64,000 nt of DNA, taken from positions 1,488,001-1,552,000 of the forward strand of contig JANJGN010000062.1 of the NCBI GenBank assembly GCA_026770705.1, written 5' to 3'. Source of the stretch: Isurus oxyrinchus (taxonomy: Eukaryota). Under the pieces are notes generated by a model. That model had not been told where the DNA came from. It saw only the letters and a program-made list of their open reading frames with translations, and searched no databases. This document shows positions 1-13,652 of the stretch, in pieces (the first letter of the stretch is position 1; each line of letters begins with the position of its first letter). Made by a program: the position numbers and the translations under genes.

Positions 1-1079
1 GGGTTTAGAGGATGGTTTGTGTCTGGAAGATAACCAATGTGTATTCTGTACTGTACTGGATGTTTTTGGACAGTGGATAACGTTAGCGTGACAATTAGGT
101 GCGCAAATTATGCTTAAGGTGATAGATAAAGCCAGACTTATTTCAACAGATATCTCACCAAAGAAAGCCTCATCCTTCATGTTTGTGACGTTCCCTCTGG
201 AGTTTGATTTTGTCAAATTTTCTGTATCTCAGAAAACCAGTATTTCAGCTGGCATGCACAATAATGTCAGGACATCTTGTGTTATTAATCTAGCCTATTG
301 GAGAAGGCTGATTCTAGCTTCTGAGCGCTCAGAAACAATAAAATGCATGACAGGTTTAAGGCACATGCATTCTTTGGATGTAAATGCTGATGGGGAGCTT
401 CACACCGACCTCGCTAAAAATTAAGCACAACAGACACTACTCTGTCCAATCACTATTAGCATCTTGGGACTTTACAATTCTACCTTGAAAAGCTGTAATT
501 ATCAATAGAGTGTTAAGTTCTGTCGTCCCCTAACAAAAATATTTATGTTAACTGATCAATATTAGGTCCGTGTTTTCAATGTGCAGCATCTATTTGGACA
601 TGCAGCTGTACAGCCTGAAGACAACGGCGCCCATTTCCATTCTGAATAATAAGGTTTACATTAGCACACCTCTCGACCATCTATGGGCAGTTACATACCG
701 ACCAGTGGCAAGTAAATCTCAATGTCCCAATGCTTACGCCTAGATTAAGAGACAATAAAATGTACTAAGACCCAGATCAGTCACAGCACTTCCGCAAATG
801 TGGCTTTTGGTTGTTTAGTGCACAGTGGAAATTCGGTGCAGAGGGGTAGAGGTGCTCGCTGCATTTTTTTTCTTTGCTATCCAACTTCTGAAATCTTCAT
901 ATAGTGGACCTTGCCTGCTGCAGCAGTAGACGTTACAAGGGAGATACTTGACTGGTAAGCAGTGGGTAAGGCTGGGCAAGTATTTAATACTTTCATTGCT
1001 TCTTTTTCAAGTTATTTTGCGTTTTAAAGCTTGTACATTCTGCCGTAACGAGGATCAGGAAAGATGATGCCTAGAGTAA

Positions 1080-4000
1080 TTAACTTTAGATGTTTAATTT
1101 AAAGGCATAACTCATGGCAGTAAAGCTGAAAGCTGTGGTGTGCTCCTTGTATTGCATGTCGGAAGTCAGAAACATTTCCAGTGACAGGGGAGCATGTTTG
1201 CTGGAACTGTGCCCAGCTGCAGCTCCTGGAAGCTTGGGTTTCAGAGCTGGAATGGCGTCTGGGGACACTATGGAGCATCTGCGAGCCTGAGAGCATCGTG
1301 GATAGCAACGTTAGAGAGGCAGTCACACTGCGGCTGAAGGACTTCAGAAACGAAGTTAATGGGTGACCAACAGGCAGTCCAAAAGCAACAGGCAGGTGAT
1401 TCCGGATTCGCCTGATGTCCCACTTGCAAATCCTTATTGTATTTGGAAGTCTGATGGGGGCGCTTGTTCCTCCAGGGAGTGCAGACAGAGCTAATGTTCT
1501 GGCAGCACAAGCAGTTTGTTTGAACAGGAGGGGAGGAGGTGAAGTAGAGCTATAGTAATAAGTGATTCTATAGTCAGCTGAGCAGATAGGTGGTACTGTG
1601 CATGCCAACGTGACTCCAGGATGGTGTGTTGCCTTTCATGTGCCAGGTTCCTGGATTTTAGTGAACGTTTGAAGGACATGCTGAAGGTGGCAGGTGATAT
1701 GGCCGGGGTCATGGTACATGTTAGAACCAATGACATAGTTAGAAAGAGTGATGAGGCCATGCATCAAGGATTCAGGGAGTTAGGCAATGGACTGAAAAGC
1801 AGGACCTCTTGTTTTATAATCTCTGGATTGCTCCCAGTGCCACGTGCTAGTCAGCACAGAAATAGGCGAATAACGCAGATGAATCCATGGCTTTATATTT
1901 GATGCATGAGGGTTTTAGATTGCTAGATCACAGGGACCGTTGCTGGGGAAGATGGGGCCTCTACAAGTGGGACAATTTACTTCTGAATCAACATTGGTTT
2001 AATATCCTTGCAGGCGGGATTGCGAGAGCTGTTGGGATCAGTTTTAACTTATTCGGCAGCGGGAGTGGGCACCCGTTAGCAGAGTAGGGACACATCATCA
2101 TTCATCGAAACAATCAAGTCAGAGAGTGTGCAGCTACATTAAGTTTCCAGGTAGTAAGTCAAGGCAAGATGCCTTTACTTTAAATATCGGGAGTATTGCA
2201 GGTAAAGCGGATGATTTAATGGTGAGGATTAACATGTGGAATTGTGTTAAGGTAGACATCACTGGGCCGTAGTTGAGGGAGAGGCAAAATTGGCAGCTGA
2301 ACTTTTCGGGATATGAAATCTTCAGGCAAGTGAGTGAAGGGCGTAAAATGAGAGGAGGCATTGAATAAATTATTAAGGATTCTGTTACTGTCATCAGGAG
2401 AGATGATATCTTGGAAGATACAGGTAGAGATTTGGAATTGAAAATGTGCAGCCGCTTTTTTAGGAGTTTCTTCTAGAAACCCAAATAGTCAGCGGGAAAT
2501 GCAGGATAAAATAAAGTCACAATTTGGGCATGAGTGTTAAAAAAACACCAAAGCGTAATTGTATTCGGTGATTTCAACTTTCCCAACATTATTAGCGATA
2601 GACTTTGTGTGAAGGGCTTAGATGGAATGCATTTCTTGAAATGTGTACAGGAGAAACATTTAGGGCAATATCTAACATGTCCATCAAGGGACGGGGCATT
2701 GCTGGTCTTGATACTGGTGTCTGAAGCCAGGCAAGTGGCTGAGGTTGTAGTGGGGGAGCATTGCCGTGACAGCAAACACAACATGGTATAATTTATAGTT
2801 GCTATGAACAAATAAACAGACACATTACAAAAAAATGTTCTGGATTGGTGGAGAGAGGATTTCAATAAAACAAGGCAGGATCAGGCTAAAGTCGGCTCGG
2901 AAGACTTACTGGTTTGGTAATCTACATATGAGTAATGAGAGCATTCAAAACGTAGATGGGGACGGTACAGACTCAGCATGTTCCCTCTAGAGTGATGGGA
3001 AGGAGGAACAATACCAGAGAGCCATGGATGACCAGAATACGACGAAATGGAAAGGAGAGGCCCTTTTGAGGTACAACAGAAACAAATCAGCCGTTCCATT
3101 AGTGGAGTACAGAAAAGGTGGAGCTTAAGAAAACAATTAGGGGAGCAGAGAGGGGATATGAGAAAGCTCTGGCTGGGAAAAAAAAGAAATATCTCAAAAA
3201 TGCAACAAGTTTATCAATGGGAAGAGGATAACGAGGGATGGTGTTGGGCCCATTAATGATCAAGTTGGCAATCTATGGGTGGAGCCAGAGGACATCTGTA
3301 GAGTGTTGAACGAATACTTCACTTCAGGCTTTCCCCAAGAGAATGAAAATGAAAGTAATGAACTCGGGGGAGGGACTGCACGATTCCTGATCAAATTGAC
3401 GGAGGGAGTGATCAGTTATTGCACGTTTTGGCGGGCTTAAATGTGGACAAATCCCCCAGTCCTGATTACCTGTGGCCATGAATGCTGAGGTAAGTAAGGG
3501 GGGGAGATCGCAGGGGCTGTGACACAAATTTTTAATTTTATTTCGCAACGGAGGAGGTGCCAGTGGACTGGAGAACATCTAAAGTAGTTCCACTATTTAA
3601 TAAGGGCTGCAGCAATGAGCCAAGGACCTAGAGGCGAGTGAGTCTCACGTCAGAGGCACAGAACTTTTCGAGCAAATACGGAAGGAGAGAATCTATCTCA
3701 ACTTGCAAAGTCAAGGTTTGGTCAGGGATAGTGAGCATGGCTTCCTGAAGTGAGGTCATAGATAACAAATTTGTTTGAATTTTTTGAGGAGCTGACCAGG
3801 TGTGTAGATGGGGGAATGCAGTTCGTGTGGTTAGTATAGTTTGCAGCAAAACATTTGACAAGATCCCACAAGAGATTCATATAAAGAAGGCAAATGCAGA
3901 TGGGAAACAAGGTAATTAGACAATGTGGATTCAAAATTGACTTAGTTGTAGGAGACAGAGAGGGATGACAAGGAGGCTGCATTAGTGACTGGAAACCCAT

Positions 4001-5030
4001 GAACAGTGACGTACCACAAAAATCTGTGCTCGTTCCGCTATTATTCCTCATTTATATAAATGCCGTGGAAGACTATGTGGGGGATTGGTTTAGGAATGTT
4101 GCGGATGACAAAAAAGATTTGCACGAAGTTTAAGAGTTAGGTCGTGTGTCTTGGGCGAAAAGAAAAATAGACAGGATGGTCAAATGGGAATATAAGTGGC
4201 AGATGGAATTTAACCTTGAAAAGTGTGAGTTGATACAATTTGCATAATTAATTTGACGAGGCAGTATTCAATCAATGGCACATCGCTAGGTTGTTCTGAG
4301 GCAAAAAGGGACCTTAGCATGTGCGTCCATGGATCTCTGAAGGTGGAGGGGCAAATTATTTGGGTGGAGAAAAAGGCATAGAGGACACTTGCCTTTATCA
4401 ATCGAGGCATAGATTACAAAGGTAGGGAGGTCATTTTGAAGTTGTATCGAACCTTGGTGAGGCCACAGCTGGAGTAATGTGTACAGCTCTGGCAGCCACA
4501 TTAAATAAATGAGGTGATTGCCCTGAAGGGGGTGCAGAGGGATTATACAGAATTTTGCCTGGGATGAAACATTCAGGTCATGAAGAGATGTCAGTAGACT
4601 TGATTGGTTTTCGATGGAGCAGAGAAGACAGAGGGTCGACCTGATTGCGGTGTGTAAAATTGACAGGGGCTTTGACAAGATGCATCGGGAGCAGTCGTTC
4701 CCCTTAGCTGAAGGGTCAGTCGTGAGGGGCCGAATTCCAATGTGAGGGGCAGGAGGTTTAGGGGTCTGTGAGGAAAAACGTTTTTACCCAGAGTGTTGTG
4801 ACCGTCTAGAATGCACTGCCTGGGAGGTTGGTGGAAACGGGTTGCCTCGCATCCTTTAAAAAAAATGGATGAGTACTTGGCATGTCCTAACGTTCAAGGT
4901 TATGGGCCAAGTGCCGATAAATGGGATTTGGTAGGTAGGTCAGGTGTTTCTCACGTATTGGTACAAACTAGAATGGCCGAAGGGCCTCTTCTTCACAATG
5001 TGATTCCGTAAAGTTGTGATTCTGTCACCT
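1080..5030 (+). mobile_element. Near full-length, decayed CR1-clade LINE (ORF1 zinc-finger/esterase, ORF2 APE endonuclease + RT)
   Basis: ORF fragments: HVCWNCAQLQLLEAWVSELEWRL (ORF1 Zn finger/coiled coil); VMVHVRTNDI (SGNH-esterase-like ORF1); IVFGDFNFPNI (APE endonuclease); RT remnants near 4010-4110; CR1-type 3' tail near 5000-5025. Many stops and frameshifts. The 5' UTR may extend to about 830. Confidence 0.9.
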
Positions 5031-5899
5031 GTCTACACTTTTCGGCCCCTATCACAGTGGAACTGATGTGGAGCTTTGGCGGGGGATTTGACATCGGTTT
5101 TGAAGTTCCCATATGGTATCCATCAAAAGCGGCCTCCATTCCGGTCTATCACCCCCTGACCTTCGTTCCTGTCTCAACACACCTGCTGCTGAAAAGCTGA
5201 AATGATGTCTTCAAAAGCGAATATTTCAGCGTGCCCCCGTATCGCGCCCTATTGTGTAAATTCGATAAGTTACAGTATTTCAAAATATATCTAGTGTGAC
5301 CTGCACAAAGTCTTACTCACAGACAACGATTCTCTCAGTGATCTGCATTGCCTTGCCGTTGGAGAATATCTAGAGTAGAGCTTCAAATTTGTATAGACAC
5401 CTTGAGATACTTTCATGTCTCCCAATCCTTTCACTGAGCCACCAACAGCCCGAATCAGCTTATGTTCTCCGCAGGTCTCCAGAAATGTTAACTGGTATAT
5501 TACCCAATAACTTGGCCCATCGCTTTCAGCTTGTATTTGGCAGCCTTTGCTGAAAATTAGTATTTCTCCCAAGATGTAGCTGCCTGTTCAAATCTAAGAG
5601 AGTGTCTTCACATTTATCACTCTGGCCAAGAAAGTCGTCTTCTGTTCTATGACCTTTTTCAGAACTTATGTCCTGTTTTCTGACCGACTAAATTGCTGGG
5701 TAACTCCTGGGAACTTATTTTCCTTAATCAGTGCAGATATGAAAATACTTCGCTACTCAAAGCTACCGGTACTGATCACACCCTGCGCTCAACTCTTGAG
5801 CTGAATCGCTATATGATTGACAGTGATTTGTGTTCCGAGTTAACTACGTGGTATAGAAACCTCCCTTCCTGTTTCTGCCAAAATGAAATGGATATTCAC

Positions 5900-6210
5900 C
5901 TGAACACAGAACCCCTACGCCGATTCCCTCAGTGATAGACTGCTTCAATGTGAACGAGCTGCAGTTCGCAGAACCGAATAGTTTCCTTTGCACTGGAAAT
6001 CATTCGTGCACACGGCCCATTCACCTTCTCCGTCCTTTGAAGAGATATAAGCCGCTATAGCATCGGCGCAGGCCAGCTGACTGCAGACAACATTAGCATC
6101 GTTCAGATCCCAGATTCTGTCCTACACTCTGCCCCAGCGGCCGTGACTGTAAATCTCCAATAGCCCATCGCAGAGATTTCCGCCGTTTGACAGTCTTAAC
6201 GAAAAAATAT
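5900..6210 (-). pseudogene. Decayed SRCR exon, paralog of SRCR domain 4 (51175-51489)
   Basis: Minus strand reads RWGRV*DRIWDLNDANVVCSQLAC...VGVLCS versus [24 protein letters not shown]...VGVLCS in the intact copy. In-frame TAG; donor GTGAAT retained next to 5900. Confidence 0.88.
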
Positions 6211-7279
6211 CAGCTTCAAAACGAAACAGAAAAAAAACTAACGCAAATGATAAAAAAAAAGTTTTTGGCTGCCACACTTAGAGTATTTCAATGTTTAAAT
6301 TTAACCTGATGTCTATCCGCTGATGATTGCGCAGATTTGTCCTCTCATTACTGATTCTTCAGTGAAAATATTTCTGTGAGATGTTGAGAAATATTCAGTT
6401 TCGTACAGGGAAACTGAAATACAGCCAAAAATGAAAAGATGGGCATCCACCCTTACAGGATTTTTCAATTTTATGCATTTTAGGCCCACAAAATAATTGA
6501 ATTGCTACAAGACATTGTTCATGATGCCAACTTAAAAAAATGTAGATTTATTCTTATTCTGAATCAGGAGATGGTGGGAAGCTCGAAATTATGTCAAGGG
6601 TCAGAGAGCCAGCTGTCTTGTAATAAGGAACACAGACCACCCAGGTTATGAGTGATCACTGAATAGCTTTGTGAAATCAAACGATGGTTAATGATGAAGG
6701 CAAATTAATCAAATCATTGCACTGTTCCTGACGCCAAATTACTCTTTTCACGGATTCTAAGTGGGTAGTTCGTGAAACTGATTTGGGAAGTCAGTCTCTA
6801 ATTAATGAAATTGGCATGGTGTTTAAATGCCTGGGATTTGTTAACAAGTTAACGACTATTTGAAAGTTTTGCTGGTCAGTGATGGTAACATATGTTTAAT
6901 GATGATAACCCACAGTTAATGAGGTGGTGTGAGATTAATGAACGTGCTATTATAGCTCTTGAAGTGTGTCTACTGGTCGTGAGGCAGGGTAACACGAGCG
7001 AGTTGTTTGACACTGAGTTGTACATGAAACACGAAAATAAACCTATAATCAATGCAGGAGATGTTCAGACACTCTATCAACACACCTTCAGCTTTTTGTC
7101 ATTAATTACAATTAATTGGGGATGCTTTCGATGGATAGGCCAGGCGGATATATGAAAGCAACATTGAACTGCAAAAACGAGTTTAGATAAGACCATCACA
7201 GAGTGAAGCTGAAAAGTTGTTTCTTCCAGTCTCCAAATATTTGGGAGGAATTTCTCTGTCAATCCGTTAGTGTACACAC

Positions 7280-7593
7280 CGGAACCGGTCACACTGACAC
7301 CATTCCTGAGAGAGTACCCTGTTGATTTACTGGAGAAAGTGTACAGTCCATCAGGCTTGTCTCATTGCATTTACACTTAAAGCATTCATTCCGTAAAAGC
7401 CCATTGCCTTCACCAAAATAAGCTCCTCTCCGTAGGGACATGACGGATCCACATTGAAGCTGAGCTCAGAGCTCAGTGACTGCATTCCAATCCTAGTGAA
7501 AGACGTACACTGTTCCCCACTTGATTCCGGAATGTATCTCCACTCTACCCGAGCACTGGCAAGATCCATACACTAGACTGGGAAAGCTGGGAA
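7280..7593 (-). pseudogene. Decayed SRCR exon, paralog of SRCR domain 2 (57108-57422)
   Basis: Reads PSFPSLVYGSCQCSGRVEIHSGIKWGTVYVFH*DWNAVTEL*AQLQCG, with two in-frame stops. 314 nt instead of 315. Acceptor context ttactcag is identical to the intact copy. Confidence 0.9.
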
Positions 7594-10500
7594 CTGAGTA
7601 ACAATAATTGATAATGAAACTGATTATTTTCACCAATGTACACATTTGGTTAATCAGAAACTGTCAATGGTTTGTATTGATACTGGTTCCATTCTGAGAT
7701 AATGCCAATCCTGCTGCTCCCACCTTCCTCCAAAACTTATTGTTATTCTGCATTACTATTGATATATTGTCAATTTAGCCAATAGCTCTCAGTTTGATGC
7801 TACACACGTGCAGTGCATCAGCAGTGACATATCGACGAAATATCTGCAGATGCAGATGCGGAAATTCAGGTCAATAAATATCTGCTCTCCCCGCAGCCAC
7901 ATTTGTTCAGAAACAAGTCGTTCTCATCCAAATTCTCCTCTAGAAGCCATTGACGGAGACCGAGCCACTGAAAAAGCAGCGACAAATTCCCTGCACTGAA
8001 AGATGCAAATGAAAAGCTTCCCTTTCCCTCAAATCATTCCACCTGACACCCCAACATACAAGAGCTCATTGACGATGAGGAGAGAGGTCTTATTAATCAG
8101 AATGACCCGGAATACGACTTTAAGCAGCTGGTATTTCATTGGGTCAAACGTCCACAACCAAACTACATCAGATTGCAATCAAAGCCTCATCACCCCCGCC
8201 AGAAGAAATCCCATCACCAAAATGATTTTACATTTCTCTCTAATTGTATTATCTATTGCAAGGTGATAAATAGGTTTATTGAAGGAACTATTCTCAAGGT
8301 CCAAATGTACAGCATTTACTACCTTTGCCAGCTCACTTTTCAACAATCTCACTTGGATTTGTAAGGCTTACTCTTCACTCTATCGGCGAATATGGATGCC
8401 AATGTAGCTTTCTCTCGATACCACTTTCAGGATATAAATGTTGCCTGGCACACACTGACTTCATCTATACGTTGTGCAGAAACCGTGAGGGACTAAAATA
8501 TCCGTCGCTTCCACCTGGAAACCTGTGTTGTCCTCGGATAATTGTCGTCCACCATTTGATCTGATGTCTGATTGTGCAACTAACATATTGACGAACAAAG
8601 TCACGGTGCAACCTCAGGCATGAAATGATAAATCCGGGAATGTTCCACCTGAAAAGTTCTGAACATGGTAATTCCAAAGTAATGTTAACACTTCATCTAA
8701 ACAGATCAGTGAAAGTAATGGCCACACACAATGGAAAAATAAAATGGCTCTTGTTATTTTTGTATTTGTTTTTATCTAGGCAGCTATCATATAAAGAAGC
8801 TTGTTTGGCTGCATATTTAAGGAGCCTGGATGAGAACATAACCGGAATACATGTCCAGTTCTGAGAAGAAAGCATTAGAAAACGTAAACTCATCGAAAAA
8901 GCTTTAGAGCGGGCACACAAGAATTTTTACACCGTCTTCTCAGTGGAAACTTGAGAGGGAAGCTTATATGGATTGTTTCATGTTCTCTTCAACTCCCGCA
9001 GTTTTAAATTTAAAAGATTCCTGCAGCATTTCCGACTTTATTTCCTGAGAGGTTTACAAGCGGACTAGACAGAAATAGCCCGGTGCGGTCATGTAGTTAC
9101 AGGGTGTTCACATCAGATTCAAAGTAGGATGGAGATATTCCTGCAGACGCTTAATTATATAATCAAACACTTCCACCTCTTAATGTAATAATCAACGTCA
9201 AAATGACTGGGGAAACAGCAGCTATATTCTCTCTCATCCTCACTCTGCCCTCTCAACTCGTTTAATCGGGTCAGTGTGAGGCAATGAGAAAGCAACTGCA
9301 TTACGCCCCTTCCTTGGCAATTACTGACTGGTAACTTTCCATTACGTGACCTGAATTATATTCAATAATGTAGGGGAGCAGAGAACAAATAGAAAAAGCC
9401 TCAATAAACTAATTTAGTTTTAATCCAGGACATCATTTACACTGCGGGACCCAGACAACATTTTGGATAACAGATTATCAGACCGGTACCTTCCAAAATG
9501 GTTACCATTGTTTCTGAAGGATAGTTTCTGCGATAACAACTGTATCCCCTGAATATCCCTTACGTAGCTGTAATGCCAAAATTTTATTGGCGTGCAATGT
9601 GAACACCGCCTCTCCACAGGAACCCCTTAGCCTAATAAGGGTTATTAGCACGTTCTGTTTTTTTTTCTTCTGATTTCCAGGAACCACAGTTATATCATTT
9701 TCTCTTAATTTAGCAGTAGCCTTTCTATCCTCTCGTGCACAAGGGGAAAAAAAGCCACTACCGTGACAACCCATATGGAGTTAGGGTACAGGTAGCAAAA
9801 TCAATTCCAAACTGGTTAGCAAACAGAAATTATTGATTAGGGGTTGAGGGTAGATATTCAGACCAGCACAAAGTTAATACGTTGTGATCTACAGGTGCCA
9901 GGAACAAAATTCCCCACCGAATTATTCACAAGAAACTGTTCCAAATTACTGGATGAAGTGAAATTAGAAGCACGATTGAAACTCAGGAACATTGCGGCGA
10001 AGTACTGAAGAACAGTAATTACAGTGGCAGAATAAACAGTAATTGCAATAATTTTACAAAATGTGTGATCATAATTAAGGGCAATGAATTCATTTTGTTA
10101 GGCTTAATTCAGATGTCATGTACTCCTTGAAAAATGAAAGCGCAAATAAGTTAAGTGCAGAATCGGATTTCGGCGGAGAGATAAACAAATCATCGAAAAT
10201 ATAGATCAAGAAAATCCAAACAAAAAGGATAGAAAATACCGGCCTTCATTACTGGATGGACAGAATTGAAAAGTTTGATAGGTTTTTTTACGTTTCGGTC
10301 ATCGGACGCTTGCGCCAGCGGGATTTTACTGTGACGCCGAAGTCAGTGGACATTTGAATAGGTCGCCGCCATTTACGCCCCGCCCCCGCCGCAACGGGGC
10401 CGTAAAATTTCAAGAGACAACAGAAAATGTTGAACACTATCTGTAAGGATTGTGACAGTTCTGCGAGGAGGGCTGAGGGGAAACAATCAATAGCCAGGCT

Positions 10501-11889
10501 TTATTATGTTTCACTAATGAAGAGAACCCGGGACTTTGGACTATGTCCAAACTAGAAATCTAAAAAAAAACGCACAAAACATCCCAACATGTATTCAGAA
10601 AAATTGTTATTACGGCATAGATGTTTGAAAGTGGAATTCGTGACCCCAGAAGATCAGGTGGTTGCCATGGATATATTTAAGGGGGCGATTTATGATCAGG
10701 TGTGGGACAAAGTATCCTCAAGTTATACTAATGGCGACAGACGAGGCGGTGTTGTTGCGGCGGGATCGGGTGAGGGTTGGGGATGGAGAGAGTCTCGATT
10801 CGATCATTAACGCCAGGATGGACCAGTTGGCCCACGTGGACAGTAAATTTGTCCTCCAGTTTGTGTAGTTATGTGTCATATTCCCAACAATTCCACATTC
10901 GTAACCTTGGCTAACAAGGTCTGTATTTATTATTACATCCTTTGTATAATTGAGAAGATTGTTTGGTGGTTTTTAAAAACAGCTGCATTACGTGCGGATC
11001 AGGGACTCCGGATTTATTGTAAGATGGATAGTTCATTGAATTTGAACTCGCGGAATAAAGGACGTGGCTTGGAGATACGTTAAACGAATGTTTGGACTGG
11101 TGATCCCGTCCTCCCTCTATATAATACAGAATGCAGTCGTCGTGCCCCTTTGAGTGAGAGAATGGAGGTTGGTGGCGGTGAATGAAATCCCTGCCAAATA
11201 CAAACTTTGCCTGGGGGTGGCAAGGCTCCCGATTGTTGCTTCAGCAGCGCCTATTCAGGGCAAGTGGAGTTTGCACGATCTCTAATGAATCGGGACCTAA
11301 TAAGCTCTGGAGAGCGAGGTGATGATCGAAGTTCACGGCATATTCAGCCTCCGGCCTGCTCAAGTGCCGAAAGCATTGAAATGAGTCTTGCAATTGCGAA
11401 TTTAACCAAAGGTTCTCCCCAAGTTTAAGATGGCGAGGGACTGTTTTATCGCGAAGCAACTGAATGCCAAGCGGAGGCTTTCATTGTGTTCTTGTCGTTA
11501 GCCCCTTGCACATATCCGTGTGGTACAATTCTTACTTATCCCTGAGAATTTGAGGCCTGGGTGTAGTCCGGGATTTGCAATGTGTGGACTTGGGCAGCTT
11601 CCTAATTTGATGAATTTGTAATGTAGCTGAGCACTGAGCAATCATTAGTGAACAAGTACATTTCTGAATATATAACGTTAGAAAGGGCAGTGATGAAGCA
11701 ATTGAAGATAGTTCGACATTGAGCAGTAACTTAGAAAGTGTAGCTTCCGCTAAAGCCCTATGGACATTGGTTTTAATAGACTTGTTCAGTTTTACAATTG
11801 CAGCTCTGTACAGCCATACCCACCAATTTTGTTAATTTGGTAATTAATCTTTTCTGATGACGATCAGGTGAAATTATAGTGTCAGGATT

Positions 11890-12165
11890 TCACGCGCAGA
11901 CCCGTAGTCCAGCTCCCGAAACACCACAGCCGTGTCTTGCATGTCCCAGCTGAGACCAAACTGAGTCCCCCACTTCAGTTCTGTTGAAGGGTCATGAGGA
12001 CTCGAAACCTCAACTCTTTTCTTGTCCGCCGATGCTGCCAGACCTACGGAGTTTTTCCTGGTAATTCTGTTTGTGTTACAGTCCGCCACTTCCCCATGTA
12101 GTGAATCGCCACTCTTCCTGAGCACCTACGGCCCACATTCGACCGTCTTAGCTTCACTGTCTCCG
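11890..12165 (-). pseudogene. Truncated, interrupted SRCR exon, paralog of SRCR domain 1 (62516-62830)
   Basis: KWGTQFGLSWDMQDTAVVFRELDYG matches [25 protein letters not shown]. Acceptor AG changed to GG (ttttacgg). Interrupted by a ~104-bp insertion; 3' half deleted. Confidence 0.85.
11976..12079 (+). mobile_element. Short Penelope-terminal-repeat fragment inserted in the pseudo-exon
   Basis: Same sequence as the arms at 13653-13871 and 18755-19345. Flanked by a 12-bp near-direct repeat: agtcccccactt (11964-11975) and agtccgccactt (12080-12091). Confidence 0.8.
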
Positions 12166-12839
12166 TAAAACACCATAATACCGGTAGAATTACAACCTAA
12201 TAAACATCAGATCCCCAGCAATCGGGTTCGGTCGGTCAGTGCTCAATAATTTGCAATATTGGTCTGTGCCCAGACTCTCATTCAAAATTGGAATAAGTAT
12301 AATACGTGTGAAAGATAAAATTCTGATAGTAATAAACCCTGTGAACGTCTAGGTAATAAGTGAGAAGTTCACAGCACCAGAGATGTCCCCTCAGGGACAG
12401 CGTGTCCATAATTCACAATATGTTCCAGCCCCCAGAGATCAGAGAGACATGACTGTAATTGCTAACTGACTGATTGGACGCGAGAGATCCCAGCCCGAGT
12501 GCAAATTGGAAGATATCTAACCCTTCTCCAAGCCCGACCCGGAAATGGATCATTATGCAATCTCCATGACAAGGATGTTGTAACTCGCGAGGTGGCAGCC
12601 CATTTGCATCGGCAGCAGCATCAGTTGTTTTTCACATTCGCCTCCCTGGTGCCCCAGTCATTTTCGCTCTGCATTCGGCACCAATTCCCTCTCAACATGA
12701 TTTTAATATGTTCAGAAAGACAATTCAGGAAAAAAACTGCATTCGGCACTGGTAGCTATATGGAAACCGAGTTCATCAATGATCAAATAGACACTGCAAT
12801 TGTCTCCGGTATTTAGTTTGTCCTCGAGCATGACCCAGA

Positions 12840-13520
12840 CCTCCCTGTCGCTTGCGATTTCAAGAGTCCGCCCTGTTCTCATGCCCACATGTCCGTCTTT
12901 GGCATGCAGCATTGTTCCAGTGTTGCTCAACGCAAACTGGAGGAAGAGCACCTCATCTTCCGAGTAGGCACTTTACAGCCTTCTGGGCAGAATATCCAGT
13001 TCAACAATTTCAGGTATTGAGCTCTGTCCTCCATCCCCAACCACTTTCCAATCGCCTTTTTCCCAAATATTTATATAGGTTTTTATTTTCCCACCTATTT
13101 CCATTACTTTTATTAGTATTTCTGTCCAGTGCTTTATCTCTGCCTTTTAGCCTATTTCTATCCCATCCCCACACTCCACCCCCATTAGGCCTATCTGTAT
13201 CTTTATTAGCACATTCCATAGATAATATCACCAGCTTCAACACCTTTTAGTCCTTATGTCTTGTTTTGACATGTTTTGGCTATCTCCACCTATCTCTGGT
13301 CCTCTATCCAGCTCTAACTGTCCCATCCCTCCCCTCTAAACCAACTTATATTTCACCCCTTTTCTACTTTTTCTTAGTTCTGTTGAAGAGTTATACGGAC
13401 TCGAAACATTAAGTGTGTTCCTCTACGCAGATGCCCTCAGACCCATTTAGTTTTTCCAGGTATATTTGTTTTGTTTTGGATTACCAGAATACGCAGGGTT
13501 TTTTTTTTGCTTTTATCTTT
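12840..13520 (+). mobile_element. Penelope-like element 3' fragment (C-terminus of GIY-YIG region plus terminal repeat)
   Basis: cgcaaactggaggaagagcacctcatcttccgagtaggcactttacagcc encodes RKLEEEHLIFRVGTLQP, typical of the vertebrate Penelope ORF C-terminus. It is followed by the terminal repeat with a hammerhead-like core at 13376-13414. Absent from the paralogous intron near 63480. Confidence 0.8.
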
Positions 13521-13652
13521 TATTTTGGTTCGTTTTAATTGGCGTGGATTAGAGCAGGAAGTTATCTGATAATATGAAAATTGAGACTGATCACCTGATG
13601 GATTTTCCTGACTGCTGCCATGTCTGCCTGAAATGTAATATTGAGAATTAAC

